A DNA stretch of 64,000 bases from Syntrophales bacterium (GCA_963666365.2 CAXXNF010000002.1:352001-416000), one strand, 5' to 3'; numbered from the stretch's first letter, positions 1-8,904 are shown. The notes: generated by a model not told the origin, from the sequence alone. Translations and numbers: made by a program.

Positions 1-719
1 TCCGCCGCCTGCTTGATATCGAAGTCTTCGCATATGATGGTGGGAGATTTTCCACCCAGCTCGAGTGTCACCGGCGTCAGATTTTCTGCAGCCGTCTTCA
101 TTACGGTTTTTCCCGAGTCGGGCGAACCCGTAAAAATCAGGTGGTCGAAGGGAAGGGGGGTAAATTCGCCGGCCGATACCCCCGGGAGAACCGCTACCAG
201 TTCTTGCTCAAATACAGAAGAAAACAGTTCATGGAGCACAGTGCAGAGTGTCTGCGAATTCGCAGCCATCTTGATCATGCAGCGATTGCCTGCAGCCAGC
301 GCCCCTGTCAGCGGGCTCAGGACCAGAAAAAGAGGATAATTCCAGGGCGCAATGATCCCGACAACGCCCTTGGGCTGAGGGATGGCTCGGTTGCGGGCGC
401 CCAGGAACGTGACTGCCGCATGCCTCCGCTGCACCTTCATCCACTTCTTGAGCTTTCGCCGGGTATAGCGCAGGCCCGAAACGGCGGGGTAAATCTCGAG
501 GATTTTAGTCTCATGGGCCGAGCGATGGCCGAAATCCTTTGATATGGCATCGGCGATGCTCTCTTGATTCTCCACCAGCACGCGCTCGAGCTTCTTGAGC
601 ACATACAGGCGATCTTCCAGTGATGGATAGGGTTTTTTCAGACAGGCCGCCTTCTGACGGTCGAAGATCTCACGGGCGGAACCATTATCATGAGAAAATT
701 TTTCAGCTCTTTGGTTCAT
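1..719 (-). CDS. Aldehyde dehydrogenase, coniferyl-aldehyde dehydrogenase-like (runs off the left edge)
   Basis: Not in the ORF track. Hand translation from ATG 719 (RBS AAGGAAGG) gives MNQRAEKF...PQPKGVVGIIAPWNYP...AAGNRCMIK...FDHLIFTGSP...NLTPVTLELGGKSP, the ALDH family 3 motifs. Confidence 0.9.
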   Translation of the reverse strand, partial: MNQRAEKFSHDNGSAREIFDRQKAACLKKPYPSLEDRLYVLKKLERVLVENQESIADAISKDFGHRSAHETKILEIYPAVSGLRYTRRKLKKWMKVQRRHAAVTFLGARNRAIPQPKGVVGIIAPWNYPLFLVLSPLTGALAAGNRCMIKMAANSQTLCTVLHELFSSVFEQELVAVLPGVSAGEFTPLPFDHLIFTGSPDSGKTVMKTAAENLTPVTLELGGKSPTIICEDFDIKQAA

Positions 720-835
720 GGGAAGCCTTCCTTTTCCCGGCAAAAAAACACCTGCCGGAATGTGAAATAAAAAAACCCTCGTCAGCCGGAGAGCGCCAGG
801 CCGGAGAAACCGCCTTTCGAAGAGTAGTACTGTGC

Positions 836-864
836 ACTATAAGAAATTATATCGGCAAGATCAA
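836..864 (-). promoter_or_regulatory. Sigma70-type promoter for the ALDH gene
   Basis: Minus strand TTGATC-N17-TATAGT about 115 nt upstream of ATG 719. Confidence 0.5.
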
Positions 865-892
865 TGAAAACCTTGTTTTCCTTTGTTTTTCC

Positions 893-921
893 TTGACTTT
901 CCTTTTGCACAAAAGTAATTT
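893..921 (+). promoter_or_regulatory. Sigma70-type promoter, divergent from the ALDH gene
   Basis: TTGACT-N17-TAATTT. Confidence 0.45.
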
Positions 922-1015
922 TTACAACCGTCGAAGGAAACCTGACTCCGAAAAACCGACACAGATCTCCCAAATGTTTGAAAAGAAAGGCCGGACATGA
1001 AAAAAGTCTGCACAG

Positions 1016-1052
1016 AAGACCCCGATTTCTGAAGAAGAGACGGGGTTTTGTT
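1016..1052 (+). terminator. Intrinsic terminator
   Basis: AAGACCCCG...CGGGGTTTT stem followed by a U-rich tail. Confidence 0.6.
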
Positions 1053-1353
1053 GTATGGATTGCCGCTGTCTGTATCGGAAGAAAGAAGGCTTTGATAGAG
1101 AATGAACAACGCACCTCAATCTGTCTTGGATCTGGTCGAAAAGTTATGATGAAATTGCCATTGTAGAGAACAAAAGATGAGTTAGAGATCCTCTAAATGC
1201 TTAAAGTATAGAATAAGTAAAAGTTGTTAAATTATTATAATTTAATGGGAATAAAACTATGGAAGAGGCGGATTTTTTCGCCTATCTTTCCCAATTATGG
1301 GCCATGATGATCTGGGGAAATAAGCACATTACACTAAAGAAGACGGTTAATGG

Positions 1354-1725
1354 ATGCGAGATGAGTTACACATCAAAAGCCAAGATCTTTGCGCGCTTGA
1401 AATAAGTCATAAAAGCGGGAGTGAATCCTTTGTGTCACAAGGTAAATCTATCGGTTCGACTTTGCTGGACTTCTGGCAATGGTTCACCTCGGATTTGCTT
1501 AATAACACCACGCGAGGGAAATTAGCCGAGTTCATTGCGGCGAACGCGTTGGGTATCGCCGGTACAATCGGGCAGAATTGGGATTCTTATGATCAGGTAA
1601 CATCGGCCGGCACAACCATCGAAGTCAAAGCGGTGGCCTTCATCCAGAGCTGGGGACAAAAGAAGTGGTCGAAGATACATTTTGTGCAGAAGATTCCTTA
1701 TGATAAATTCACTCATTTTTATTAA
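1354..1725 (+). pseudogene. PD-(D/E)xK restriction-endonuclease-like protein, probably C-terminally truncated
   Basis: DFWQW..SDL..NT.RG.LAEF...WDSYD...IEVK...QSW.Q has E-D-ExK spacing. The ORF ends in an AT-rich tail soon after the active site. Confidence 0.5.
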
Positions 1726-1794
1726 TTTTCAGTCTGTTGGAAATACAGGGAAGAAATAAAGAGCGTAAATGAACCCCACGGTGATCACTATAAA

Positions 1795-2640
1795 ATGGAA
1801 AATATCGTAAAAACGGAAATAATAAGGTTTGTAAGCAGAACCGAATATGCGAGCGTCAAGTCCAGGCTTTTTGAGGATTCGCGGTATGCGGCGATCGGAC
1901 GGATAATCACCGCATACGATGACAACGCCTCCACGATCACCTACAAAACGGAAGAGATAGTTCCCCGGGCCGTCGATCCGCATCGAACGAAGGTGCTTCT
2001 CCTTTTCAAAAATCCCCATCCCGGTTCGGTTGAAACAGGCCTTTATCTTTCGGCGGCAAATTCGAAGACCTTCTGGGAACGTTTTTTTGAAGTATCATGC
2101 AACTCTTCTCTATTGCCTCTTATTTACAGGGATTCGTGGGTGCGGGATATCGCCGGTACGATGGTATCCGGCGATTACGACAGTCAATTTATCTATTATT
2201 TTAAATGCCTTTATCACTTTCCCTCGCGGCAGTTCACTGAACTGAAAAGTCTTTTTTCATCGGCGCCCGTTACCTACAGAAAGGAAATAGTTGAACGGTC
2301 GATCGCCGATTTTTGGACCTTTCTTCGCAGGCACGGCATTGCCGACGTAATCGTCTTTTTCATCGACGGGATGCGGATTCTGGCAGGCATATCGGTCACT
2401 CCATCCAGGGACGTCATCGGCGGGATAAAAAGAGGGGTGGAAGAGTATGTCGCCAATGGAAACACGGCGAGTTTCCGGCGGGCCTATGATGGGCTGAAGG
2501 TGAAAACGCCTGAAGGCGTTATCTTTTACTACAACATGAATACCAGAACAAAAAATCACGGCTCGCAGCTTCCCAAGCGTTATTTTACCTACAATCTGGA
2601 ATTCATCCTTCATGACATATTGAAGGGATGCAACAAATAA
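1795..2640 (+). CDS. Divergent uracil-DNA glycosylase (MUG-like) superfamily protein
   Basis: KVLLLFKNPHPGSVETGLYLSAANSKTFWERF aligns by eye to MUG motif A ([31 protein letters not shown]). Confidence 0.55.
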   Translation: MENIVKTEIIRFVSRTEYASVKSRLFEDSRYAAIGRIITAYDDNASTITYKTEEIVPRAVDPHRTKVLLLFKNPHPGSVETGLYLSAANSKTFWERFFEVSCNSSLLPLIYRDSWVRDIAGTMVSGDYDSQFIYYFKCLYHFPSRQFTELKSLFSSAPVTYRKEIVERSIADFWTFLRRHGIADVIVFFIDGMRILAGISVTPSRDVIGGIKRGVEEYVANGNTASFRRAYDGLKVKTPEGVIFYYNMNTRTKNHGSQLPKRYFTYNLEFILHDILKGCNK

Positions 2641-2654
2641 AGGAGGGCAATCTA

Positions 2655-2835
2655 ATGAAACTGCAGAAAATCAATGGAATAGGACCCGCGAAGGCCGCGT
2701 TAATTGCAGCCCCCTTTGAATTCTTCCGCCGGAAGAATTCAAGATTTCCTTTCCGCCCGATGTTTTGCCATTGATTCAGCACTATGGCGACCGCACACAG
2801 GAACATTTTTTATGCATTTCCCTGGACCAGCATTT
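2655..2835 (+). pseudogene. radC: RadC (HhH plus JAB/MPN) remnant, frameshifted and truncated
   Basis: MKLQKINGIGPAKAALIAAPFEFFRR in one frame, then FKISFPPDVLPLIQHYGDRTQEHFLCISLD in another. The JAB metal motif is absent. Confidence 0.75.
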
Positions 2836-2870
2836 CCTTGCATTAACGATAAAATTCATTTAATAACATT

Positions 2871-2946
2871 GGGGTTTTATTCCCCGCCCCTTGGGGCGTT
2901 CAATGCTTTTAAAGATACCCCGCTGCTTGCGGCGGGGTAGTTCATT
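2871..2946. mobile_element. Miniature palindromic element resembling joined IS200/IS605-family ends
   Basis: GGGTTTTATTCCCCGCCCCTTGGGGCG plus ATACCCCGCTGCTTGCGGCGGGGTAGTTCAT: two GC-rich hairpins, the second ending in TAGTTCA. No transposase. Confidence 0.55.
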
Positions 2947-3028
2947 TGCTGAAACCCTGCTAAAAAATTTCATCCATATTTTTTAGGCAGCAAACAACAA
3001 CGACAAGCAAAAAGAAGGGGTGCCTATT

Positions 3029-4099
3029 ATGACGGAAAAGAAAAAACAGCAGTTGCCGAAGCCGACAATGGGAAATACTAAAAAGGAAATGCTCGATGCC
3101 TATAATGAGTTGCTGAAAGAGTTGCAGGAGCTGCGGCAGGAGGAGCTGAAACCGGAGAAGAAGATGGAGGAAAAGAAGACCAGGGAAATTCTTGAAGTCG
3201 CCGACTCCCTTTCTGTGGAGAAGGTGGTAAAAGGAATCGGCAGTCTCAAGTTCGATATGAGTAAAATGTTGACGGAAATTTCGGATAAACTTGAAAGCGA
3301 GGTACAGAAACTCCAGGGTATTCAAAAAGCGATCGTCATCAAGGAAGAGGAATTGCAGGAACTTTACGAGATTGAGAAGTCGGCAGCCACTTTGGCCGCG
3401 CTTATAGAGGTCCAGAACCGGAAGCGGCAGGAGTATGAATTCGAGATGGCCTCGAAGCGAGAAGATCTGGTAGGAGAAATTGAAAGCACCAGAGAGGAAT
3501 GGAAGAAAGAAAAAAGAGAATATGAACAAGAGGTGAAGGAGCAACGCCTCGCCGAAGAGAAGAAACATGAACGGGAGAAGGAAGAATTTCTCTATAATCT
3601 CAAGCGGGAACAGCAGCTTTTAAAAGATGAATTTGAAGATGAAAAAGCCGGACTTGAAAAGGAAATTCAACTGAAACGAGAGCAAATGGAAAAAGAGCTG
3701 GCGGAAAGAGAAAGGGCCCTACGCGAAAACGAGAAGGAACTGAATGAACTGCGTAAAAACGCGGTTGCATTTCCCAAAGAGTTGGATGCCGCCGTCGCTA
3801 GGGCAGTGAAAGATGTCAGCGACAAAATAAAGGCGGATGCCGTAAACAAAGAGCAATTGATAAGCAAGGAGTTCGAGGGAGAGAAAAAAGTATTTATTAC
3901 CAGAATCGAATCACTTGAAAAAACAGTAGAGGCACAGGCAGAGCAGATTTCACGGCTCTCGGGACAGCTCGAAAAATCCTACCAGAAAGTGGAGGATATC
4001 GCGGTCAAGGCGATAGAAGGTTCGTCGAATCTTAAATCTTTTTCCTATGCACCGCAGCACATGACGGCCGAGCAGTCAAAAAACAGGAATGAGGTGTAA
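3029..4099 (+). CDS. Long coiled-coil hypothetical protein
   Basis: E/K/L-rich heptad pattern over most of its length. RBS AAGAAGGGG before ATG 3029. Confidence 0.8.
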   Translation: MTEKKKQQLPKPTMGNTKKEMLDAYNELLKELQELRQEELKPEKKMEEKKTREILEVADSLSVEKVVKGIGSLKFDMSKMLTEISDKLESEVQKLQGIQKAIVIKEEELQELYEIEKSAATLAALIEVQNRKRQEYEFEMASKREDLVGEIESTREEWKKEKREYEQEVKEQRLAEEKKHEREKEEFLYNLKREQQLLKDEFEDEKAGLEKEIQLKREQMEKELAERERALRENEKELNELRKNAVAFPKELDAAVARAVKDVSDKIKADAVNKEQLISKEFEGEKKVFITRIESLEKTVEAQAEQISRLSGQLEKSYQKVEDIAVKAIEGSSNLKSFSYAPQHMTAEQSKNRNEV

Positions 4100-4113
4100 T
4101 CGGGTTATTTTTT

Positions 4114-5616
4114 GTGACAACGATCCAGTTACTGCACAGGAATCTTTTCCAACATGTCGATAGCGGAGTGAACGATATAAATAATACTCGAGTAGATCTG
4201 GTTGCCCCCGGCAAAAGAAGCATGGCGTCTAAATGGATGATTCTGGGAGCAGTAATGATGGGCGTGATCATGGGGCCTATCGACGGCAGTATTGTCAACG
4301 TGGTTCTGCCGACCATCGCAGCACATTTTCAGAGCGATTATTCCCTGGCCCAGTGGGTGCCTACGATTTATCTGCTGGCAATCTGTTCCTTTCTTTTGAT
4401 CTATGGCCGCCTGGGGGATATGCTGGGGTACAAAACAATATTTCTCACGGGGCTTGCCTGTTTTGCCGGCGCGTCTCTTTTATGCGGTCTTTCACAGAAC
4501 ATATGGATGCTGATCGCCTTCAGAGCGCTGCAGGGGCTCATGGTGGCGATGCAGATGGCCCTGGGCATGGCCATTGTTACTGACGCCTTTCTACCGAAAG
4601 AACGGGGCAAGGCCATCGGTATCTATGCAACCGCCATAGCCCTCGGATTGATGGTGGGGCCCGTGCTGGGGGGAATAATTGCGCAATATCTGGATTGGCG
4701 CTTTGTGTTCTTCATCAATATTCCCATTGCCTTGATTGCCTGGCTCTGGGGGTACAAGGTGATCCCGTCGGGGCACAGGAAGCCCGGACAACAGCTCGAT
4801 GTATCAGGCGCTGTACTCGCCTTTGCAGCTCTTTTCAGCATCGTCCTCTATGCGAACCGAGGCCAGAGCCTGGGCTGGTTTTCAGTACGGGGTGTGGCGT
4901 TGCTGCTGTGCGCTGCAATATTCGGATGGCTGTTTTTACGTAGAGAGCGCACGTCGGCGCACCCGATGATCGATCTTTCGATTTTTTCAAATCGCCGCTT
5001 CAGTTTTGCCTGCCTGAGTTCATTGCTCAACTTCATGGCCCTTTACACCGTCGTGTTCCTGACGCCCTGGTATCTTACCGATGCCCTGCACCGCAGTGTC
5101 CTTACGGTTGGTATGGTAATGACGGCCTTTCCACTTCTGACCTTTTTTGTGGGGCCCTTGAGCGGGAGCCTTTCCGATCGCATCGGGTCGCGCGGGCTGG
5201 CCTTTTTCGGTATGTGCATTCACGCCGTGGGATTAGTGCTTCTCAGCCGTTTGGACGGGACGGCCGGCAATTCGGATGTTGCATGGCGTCTGGCTGTCTG
5301 CGGTCTGGGGGCGGGTATGTTTCAGAGCCCCATCAACAGTGCCGTTATGGGAAGTGCACCTGTGCGGTTCCGGGGCATTGCTTCCAGCGTTCTGGCCGTG
5401 ACGCGCAACATCGGCATGGCATTCGGCATTGCCGTGGCCGGCGCTGTCGTCTACCATATGGCGCCCTTTACCACCAGCGGGCATGTAGGTCATTTTAACG
5501 AATGTCAGATGGATGCCTACCTCAACGGGTTGCACTGGGCCTATTTAGTCGGCGCTCTATTGTCGTTATGTGCCGCGTTCACCGCGTTGCTCGCCAAGGT
5601 TAAAGTGGACAAATGA
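4114..5616 (+). CDS. MFS drug-efflux transporter, DHA2 (EmrB/QacA) family; start may be ATG 4222
   Basis: DGSIVNVVLP, GRLGDMLGYK, WRFVFFINIPI and GSLSDRIGSR motifs; many transmembrane segments. Confidence 0.92.
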   Translation: MTTIQLLHRNLFQHVDSGVNDINNTRVDLVAPGKRSMASKWMILGAVMMGVIMGPIDGSIVNVVLPTIAAHFQSDYSLAQWVPTIYLLAICSFLLIYGRLGDMLGYKTIFLTGLACFAGASLLCGLSQNIWMLIAFRALQGLMVAMQMALGMAIVTDAFLPKERGKAIGIYATAIALGLMVGPVLGGIIAQYLDWRFVFFINIPIALIAWLWGYKVIPSGHRKPGQQLDVSGAVLAFAALFSIVLYANRGQSLGWFSVRGVALLLCAAIFGWLFLRRERTSAHPMIDLSIFSNRRFSFACLSSLLNFMALYTVVFLTPWYLTDALHRSVLTVGMVMTAFPLLTFFVGPLSGSLSDRIGSRGLAFFGMCIHAVGLVLLSRLDGTAGNSDVAWRLAVCGLGAGMFQSPINSAVMGSAPVRFRGIASSVLAVTRNIGMAFGIAVAGAVVYHMAPFTTSGHVGHFNECQMDAYLNGLHWAYLVGALLSLCAAFTALLAKVKVDK

Positions 5617-5740
5617 AGGGAACCACTATGGCGGTGATGGGTAATCGGATGATGGTTCATGATGCCGGCGATGTCCGATGGAAGGTTGAAATCTCGCAGG
5701 GCGTGCTTTTTCACGATCTTTTACTGCACCCTCGTTGCAC

Positions 5741-6598
5741 TCAGTAGATCTTCCGGCGGGCCAGGTTGGAGCCGATTACGGAGAAGGTATTTTCGGCAAT
5801 GAAAAGAGCCTTGGGATCGACGGTGAAGACGATTTCTTCGAGTCGCTTGAGCTGAATGTTATTGATAACCGTAAGAACTACCTGTTTCGGTGTTCCGGAA
5901 AAGCCGCCGACACCGTTCAGAAGGGTTGACCCCATTCTGAATTTCTTGTTGACCATATCGGATATTTTCATGGGGTGATCTGAGATAATCAATACCATTT
6001 TTCTCTGGCTGAACATGGAAAGCGCATATTCCATTGCAAGGGAAGTGCAGAACAGCATGATCATGGAGGCGACAACAAGGTCGTTGTCAAAATAAATGAA
6101 GCAAAGCCCGTACAGAACGGCATTAAAGAAAAAATAAAATTTGCCGAGACCGATATTGAATTTCTGATAAAATAGGATGGCCATTACGTCCAAGCCACCG
6201 TTTGAACCGAGCGACCGCAATACAATGCCGGCGCCCATTCCTGATATAACGCCGCAGATGACTGCCGCATACAATTGGTTGTCTATTTGAAAATTGACGT
6301 CTATAAATGCGTAGATTCCTGTAAACGCAATCATTGCATACAGTGAATACCACAGAAAGCGTTTGCCGATGAACCTCCAGGCAATAATGAAAAGAGGTAT
6401 ATTGAATAAGAGATACCAAAGGCTTATCTTGCCTGTGTTCCCGGCAAAATAGACCAGAGAGGCCACACCGAAAATTCCTCCCGGAATAAAGCCGTGGGCG
6501 AAGGCGATGCCTTTTAAGGCAAGGGCAATAATGACCGAACCGGCAGTAATCAAAAAGAGGTTCCAGGGAATCGAATATGTGATCCGGGTATCGAGCAT
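5741..6598 (-). CDS. YitT family membrane protein
   Basis: PGGIFGVA, FNIPLF and GSNGGLD motifs, plus a C-terminal DUF2179-like region (GVGGFSG...VDPKALF). Confidence 0.9.
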   Translation of the reverse strand: MLDTRITYSIPWNLFLITAGSVIIALALKGIAFAHGFIPGGIFGVASLVYFAGNTGKISLWYLLFNIPLFIIAWRFIGKRFLWYSLYAMIAFTGIYAFIDVNFQIDNQLYAAVICGVISGMGAGIVLRSLGSNGGLDVMAILFYQKFNIGLGKFYFFFNAVLYGLCFIYFDNDLVVASMIMLFCTSLAMEYALSMFSQRKMVLIISDHPMKISDMVNKKFRMGSTLLNGVGGFSGTPKQVVLTVINNIQLKRLEEIVFTVDPKALFIAENTFSVIGSNLARRKIY

Positions 6599-6684
6599 CT
6601 GTCTTTAGCTTCCGAACCTTTCCTTCGACGCGGTCATCGGGCAAAAGTCTTGTCCGGAGGGTTAATAAAAGTATTTATAAATAT

Positions 6685-8094
6685 TTAACTATTTTCAATC
6701 AATTCGCGATGCAGGGCGCAGACGCTTTTTTCATAATCATCTTCTTCGACTACGAATTGAATATCGATGTCACGCATACACTTGTGAACCGCCAGCACCT
6801 TAATGCCTTTGTGAGCCAGTGCATTGACGGCTCTGAGTAACACCTCGGAATCGGTCATATTGCTGCCTATGGCGGAGACAAGTGCAACTTTTTTAAGCAT
6901 TATGTCTGCAGAGGGAAACGATTCCTGGATGCAATCAGAGAGTTTTTTTATCATCGCGAGAGGCTCGGCCACATAATGGGTCAAGGTATTGGCATTGGTA
7001 TCCTTTGCGAGATAGCGTATTTTGAATTTAGCGAAATGCTTCAGCATTTCCTGATCGTGGGTGTACCGGCCCACCATGTCCTGATCGAAACATTCTATGG
7101 CCGTTACTTTTTTCCGGCCTGCGATAATTTCGACTTTCGGCGACTCACTTCTATACTCAGTCTGAATCAGCGTGCCGGGGTGCTCCGGTTCAAAGGCATT
7201 TTTTATGCGCAGCGGGATGCCGTTTTTACGCATTCCTCTGGCTGCCTGGGGATGAATTGCTTCCATGCCCAAATCGGACAGCTGATCGGCAACATCATAA
7301 TTGGTGTTTCCTATGATTTGTACGTTATCCGTGCCGACAAGTTTCGGATCCCCGCTGCTGAGATGAAATTCTTTATGGATAATTCCTTCCCCTACCTGTG
7401 TGAGCACCGCAATTTTACTGAATGTGATCTCACTGTATCCCCTGTCGAAAGTGCCCATAATGCCTTCTTTGCAACGGGTGTATCCGGTAACCACCGGCAG
7501 TTCGTTGCTAAGATCAATATCCCTGAAATGACGAAGTATTTTTTCGTCAAAGGGAAGGGTTTCCGTTTCCATCCATCCACTCAGATCCACAAACCGGGTG
7601 TTTACTCCCATCTTTGACAGGATCTGAAAGGTGTTGTGGGCACTGTGCGCTTCCCCCAGAGCACTGAGCATTTCACGGACGGTCATAAGATGTTCGTCAA
7701 GCTGGAAATGTCCATATGAACAGAGGCGGGTCAGATCCAGCAGGCAGCTTCGCACCCCCTCTATTCGCTCTTTCACAAATCGGTCCGCAATAGACAGGTC
7801 CAGGCCCAGCGGTTCGAGTTCCGCATTAATTTCGCACATCCTGTCACCGACCCGGGTTATGGCATCTCCCCACGCCCAGGATGAGTCGCTGTCCGAAAAA
7901 AGCGCATACACTCCCGCCTCCTGGGACTTTTTGTGTTCAAGCAGCATATCCGTCAGTCCGCCATAGGCGGATACCACAATTATTCGATTATACAGATCTT
8001 CTTCTTTTCTATCTCCGACTAATATCGTATTCAGCACGTCCGAAAACTTACTCATCGATGTGCCGCCGATTTTTTCTACTCTATGGTTTCCCAT
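6685..8094 (-). CDS. ask: Aspartate kinase, ectoine-associated Ask_Ect type
   Basis: VEKIGGTSMS, VSAYGG.TD.LLEHKK, CSYGHFQL, FDRGYSE, HKEFHLSS.DP and MEAIHP motifs. Confidence 0.9.
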   Translation of the reverse strand: MGNHRVEKIGGTSMSKFSDVLNTILVGDRKEEDLYNRIIVVSAYGGLTDMLLEHKKSQEAGVYALFSDSDSSWAWGDAITRVGDRMCEINAELEPLGLDLSIADRFVKERIEGVRSCLLDLTRLCSYGHFQLDEHLMTVREMLSALGEAHSAHNTFQILSKMGVNTRFVDLSGWMETETLPFDEKILRHFRDIDLSNELPVVTGYTRCKEGIMGTFDRGYSEITFSKIAVLTQVGEGIIHKEFHLSSGDPKLVGTDNVQIIGNTNYDVADQLSDLGMEAIHPQAARGMRKNGIPLRIKNAFEPEHPGTLIQTEYRSESPKVEIIAGRKKVTAIECFDQDMVGRYTHDQEMLKHFAKFKIRYLAKDTNANTLTHYVAEPLAMIKKLSDCIQESFPSADIMLKKVALVSAIGSNMTDSEVLLRAVNALAHKGIKVLAVHKCMRDIDIQFVVEEDDYEKSVCALHRELIENS

Positions 8095-8415
8095 TGTACC
8101 CTCTCTTTGATGCAGTGTTGATCAAATGACTTTTATTTGTGAGGCTTTTTCGTTTGAATATCCGGTATTGCTAAGGCGATCATTTGAATCGATCGTTTTG
8201 ATTTATGGGCAATATTTGGTAATTACTATCATTTTTGCGTCCACGAGTCAAGGGTGAAAAGGGAAACGCTTAAAATGAGGCGTTATTTTGACACAGCACA
8301 TCACGGAAGAGGGGGAATGTTTGCTTTTACAAAAGCCGATTATATGCTAATGTCACGATCTCGCAAAGTGACGTGCACACTACAAGAGCAGACGTTGAAG
8401 GAGGAAAGAACGTGT

Positions 8416-8754
8416 ATGAAAAGACTATTTTTTTTAACCGCCGTGGTTGTAATGTGTGTGCTGATAAGTGGATATGCCTATGCAGATTGTCCGGACTCGA
8501 CCTACCATTGCTATCAAAATGAAGGAGAAGGAAGCCTGGTGGGGAACATACTGATGGGGAACTGCTGGAACTGGTTTCCTCCCGGGTGCCGTATTTGTGG
8601 AGGCAGCTATGCAGCGGCCACACAGAAATGCAACAGCACCTATCCCCAATGCAACGGGAACTGTTGGGCCTGTGTGCATTATGTCGACACGGGTAGTATG
8701 GCCTATTGTTATGATAAAGACGGTAACTGCAAGGGCTATGGTTGCGGGTGGTAG
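8416..8754 (+). CDS. Small secreted cysteine-rich protein (112 aa)
   Basis: RBS GGAGGA, Sec signal MKRLFFLTAVVVMCVLISGYAYA, and 12 Cys in the 89-aa mature part. Confidence 0.8.
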   Translation: MKRLFFLTAVVVMCVLISGYAYADCPDSTYHCYQNEGEGSLVGNILMGNCWNWFPPGCRICGGSYAAATQKCNSTYPQCNGNCWACVHYVDTGSMAYCYDKDGNCKGYGCGW

Positions 8755-8904
8755 CGTTTGAAAATTGCTGGGCCTGCGTTACTTATATGGATACCGGAGG
8801 GGTTGCGCACTGTTACGATTTGAATGGCACACTCCATTATCCAGGTGAAAAATAGAATTTATTGTGGGAGGGTGCATATTTGCAGGCTGTGAAGATGCGC
8901 ACAG

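Noticed and set aside
770..830. Hammerhead-like CTGACGA and GAAA words in the ALDH leader (minus strand)
   Set aside because: Stems II and III and the NUH cleavage triplet cannot be formed together.
2960..3568. 202-aa F/L-rich ORF that looks like a membrane protein
   Set aside because: Antisense shadow of the GAA/AAA-rich coiled-coil gene.
8254..8415. N-terminal extension of the Cys-rich ORF given in the track
   Set aside because: The RBS and signal peptide both point to ATG 8416.
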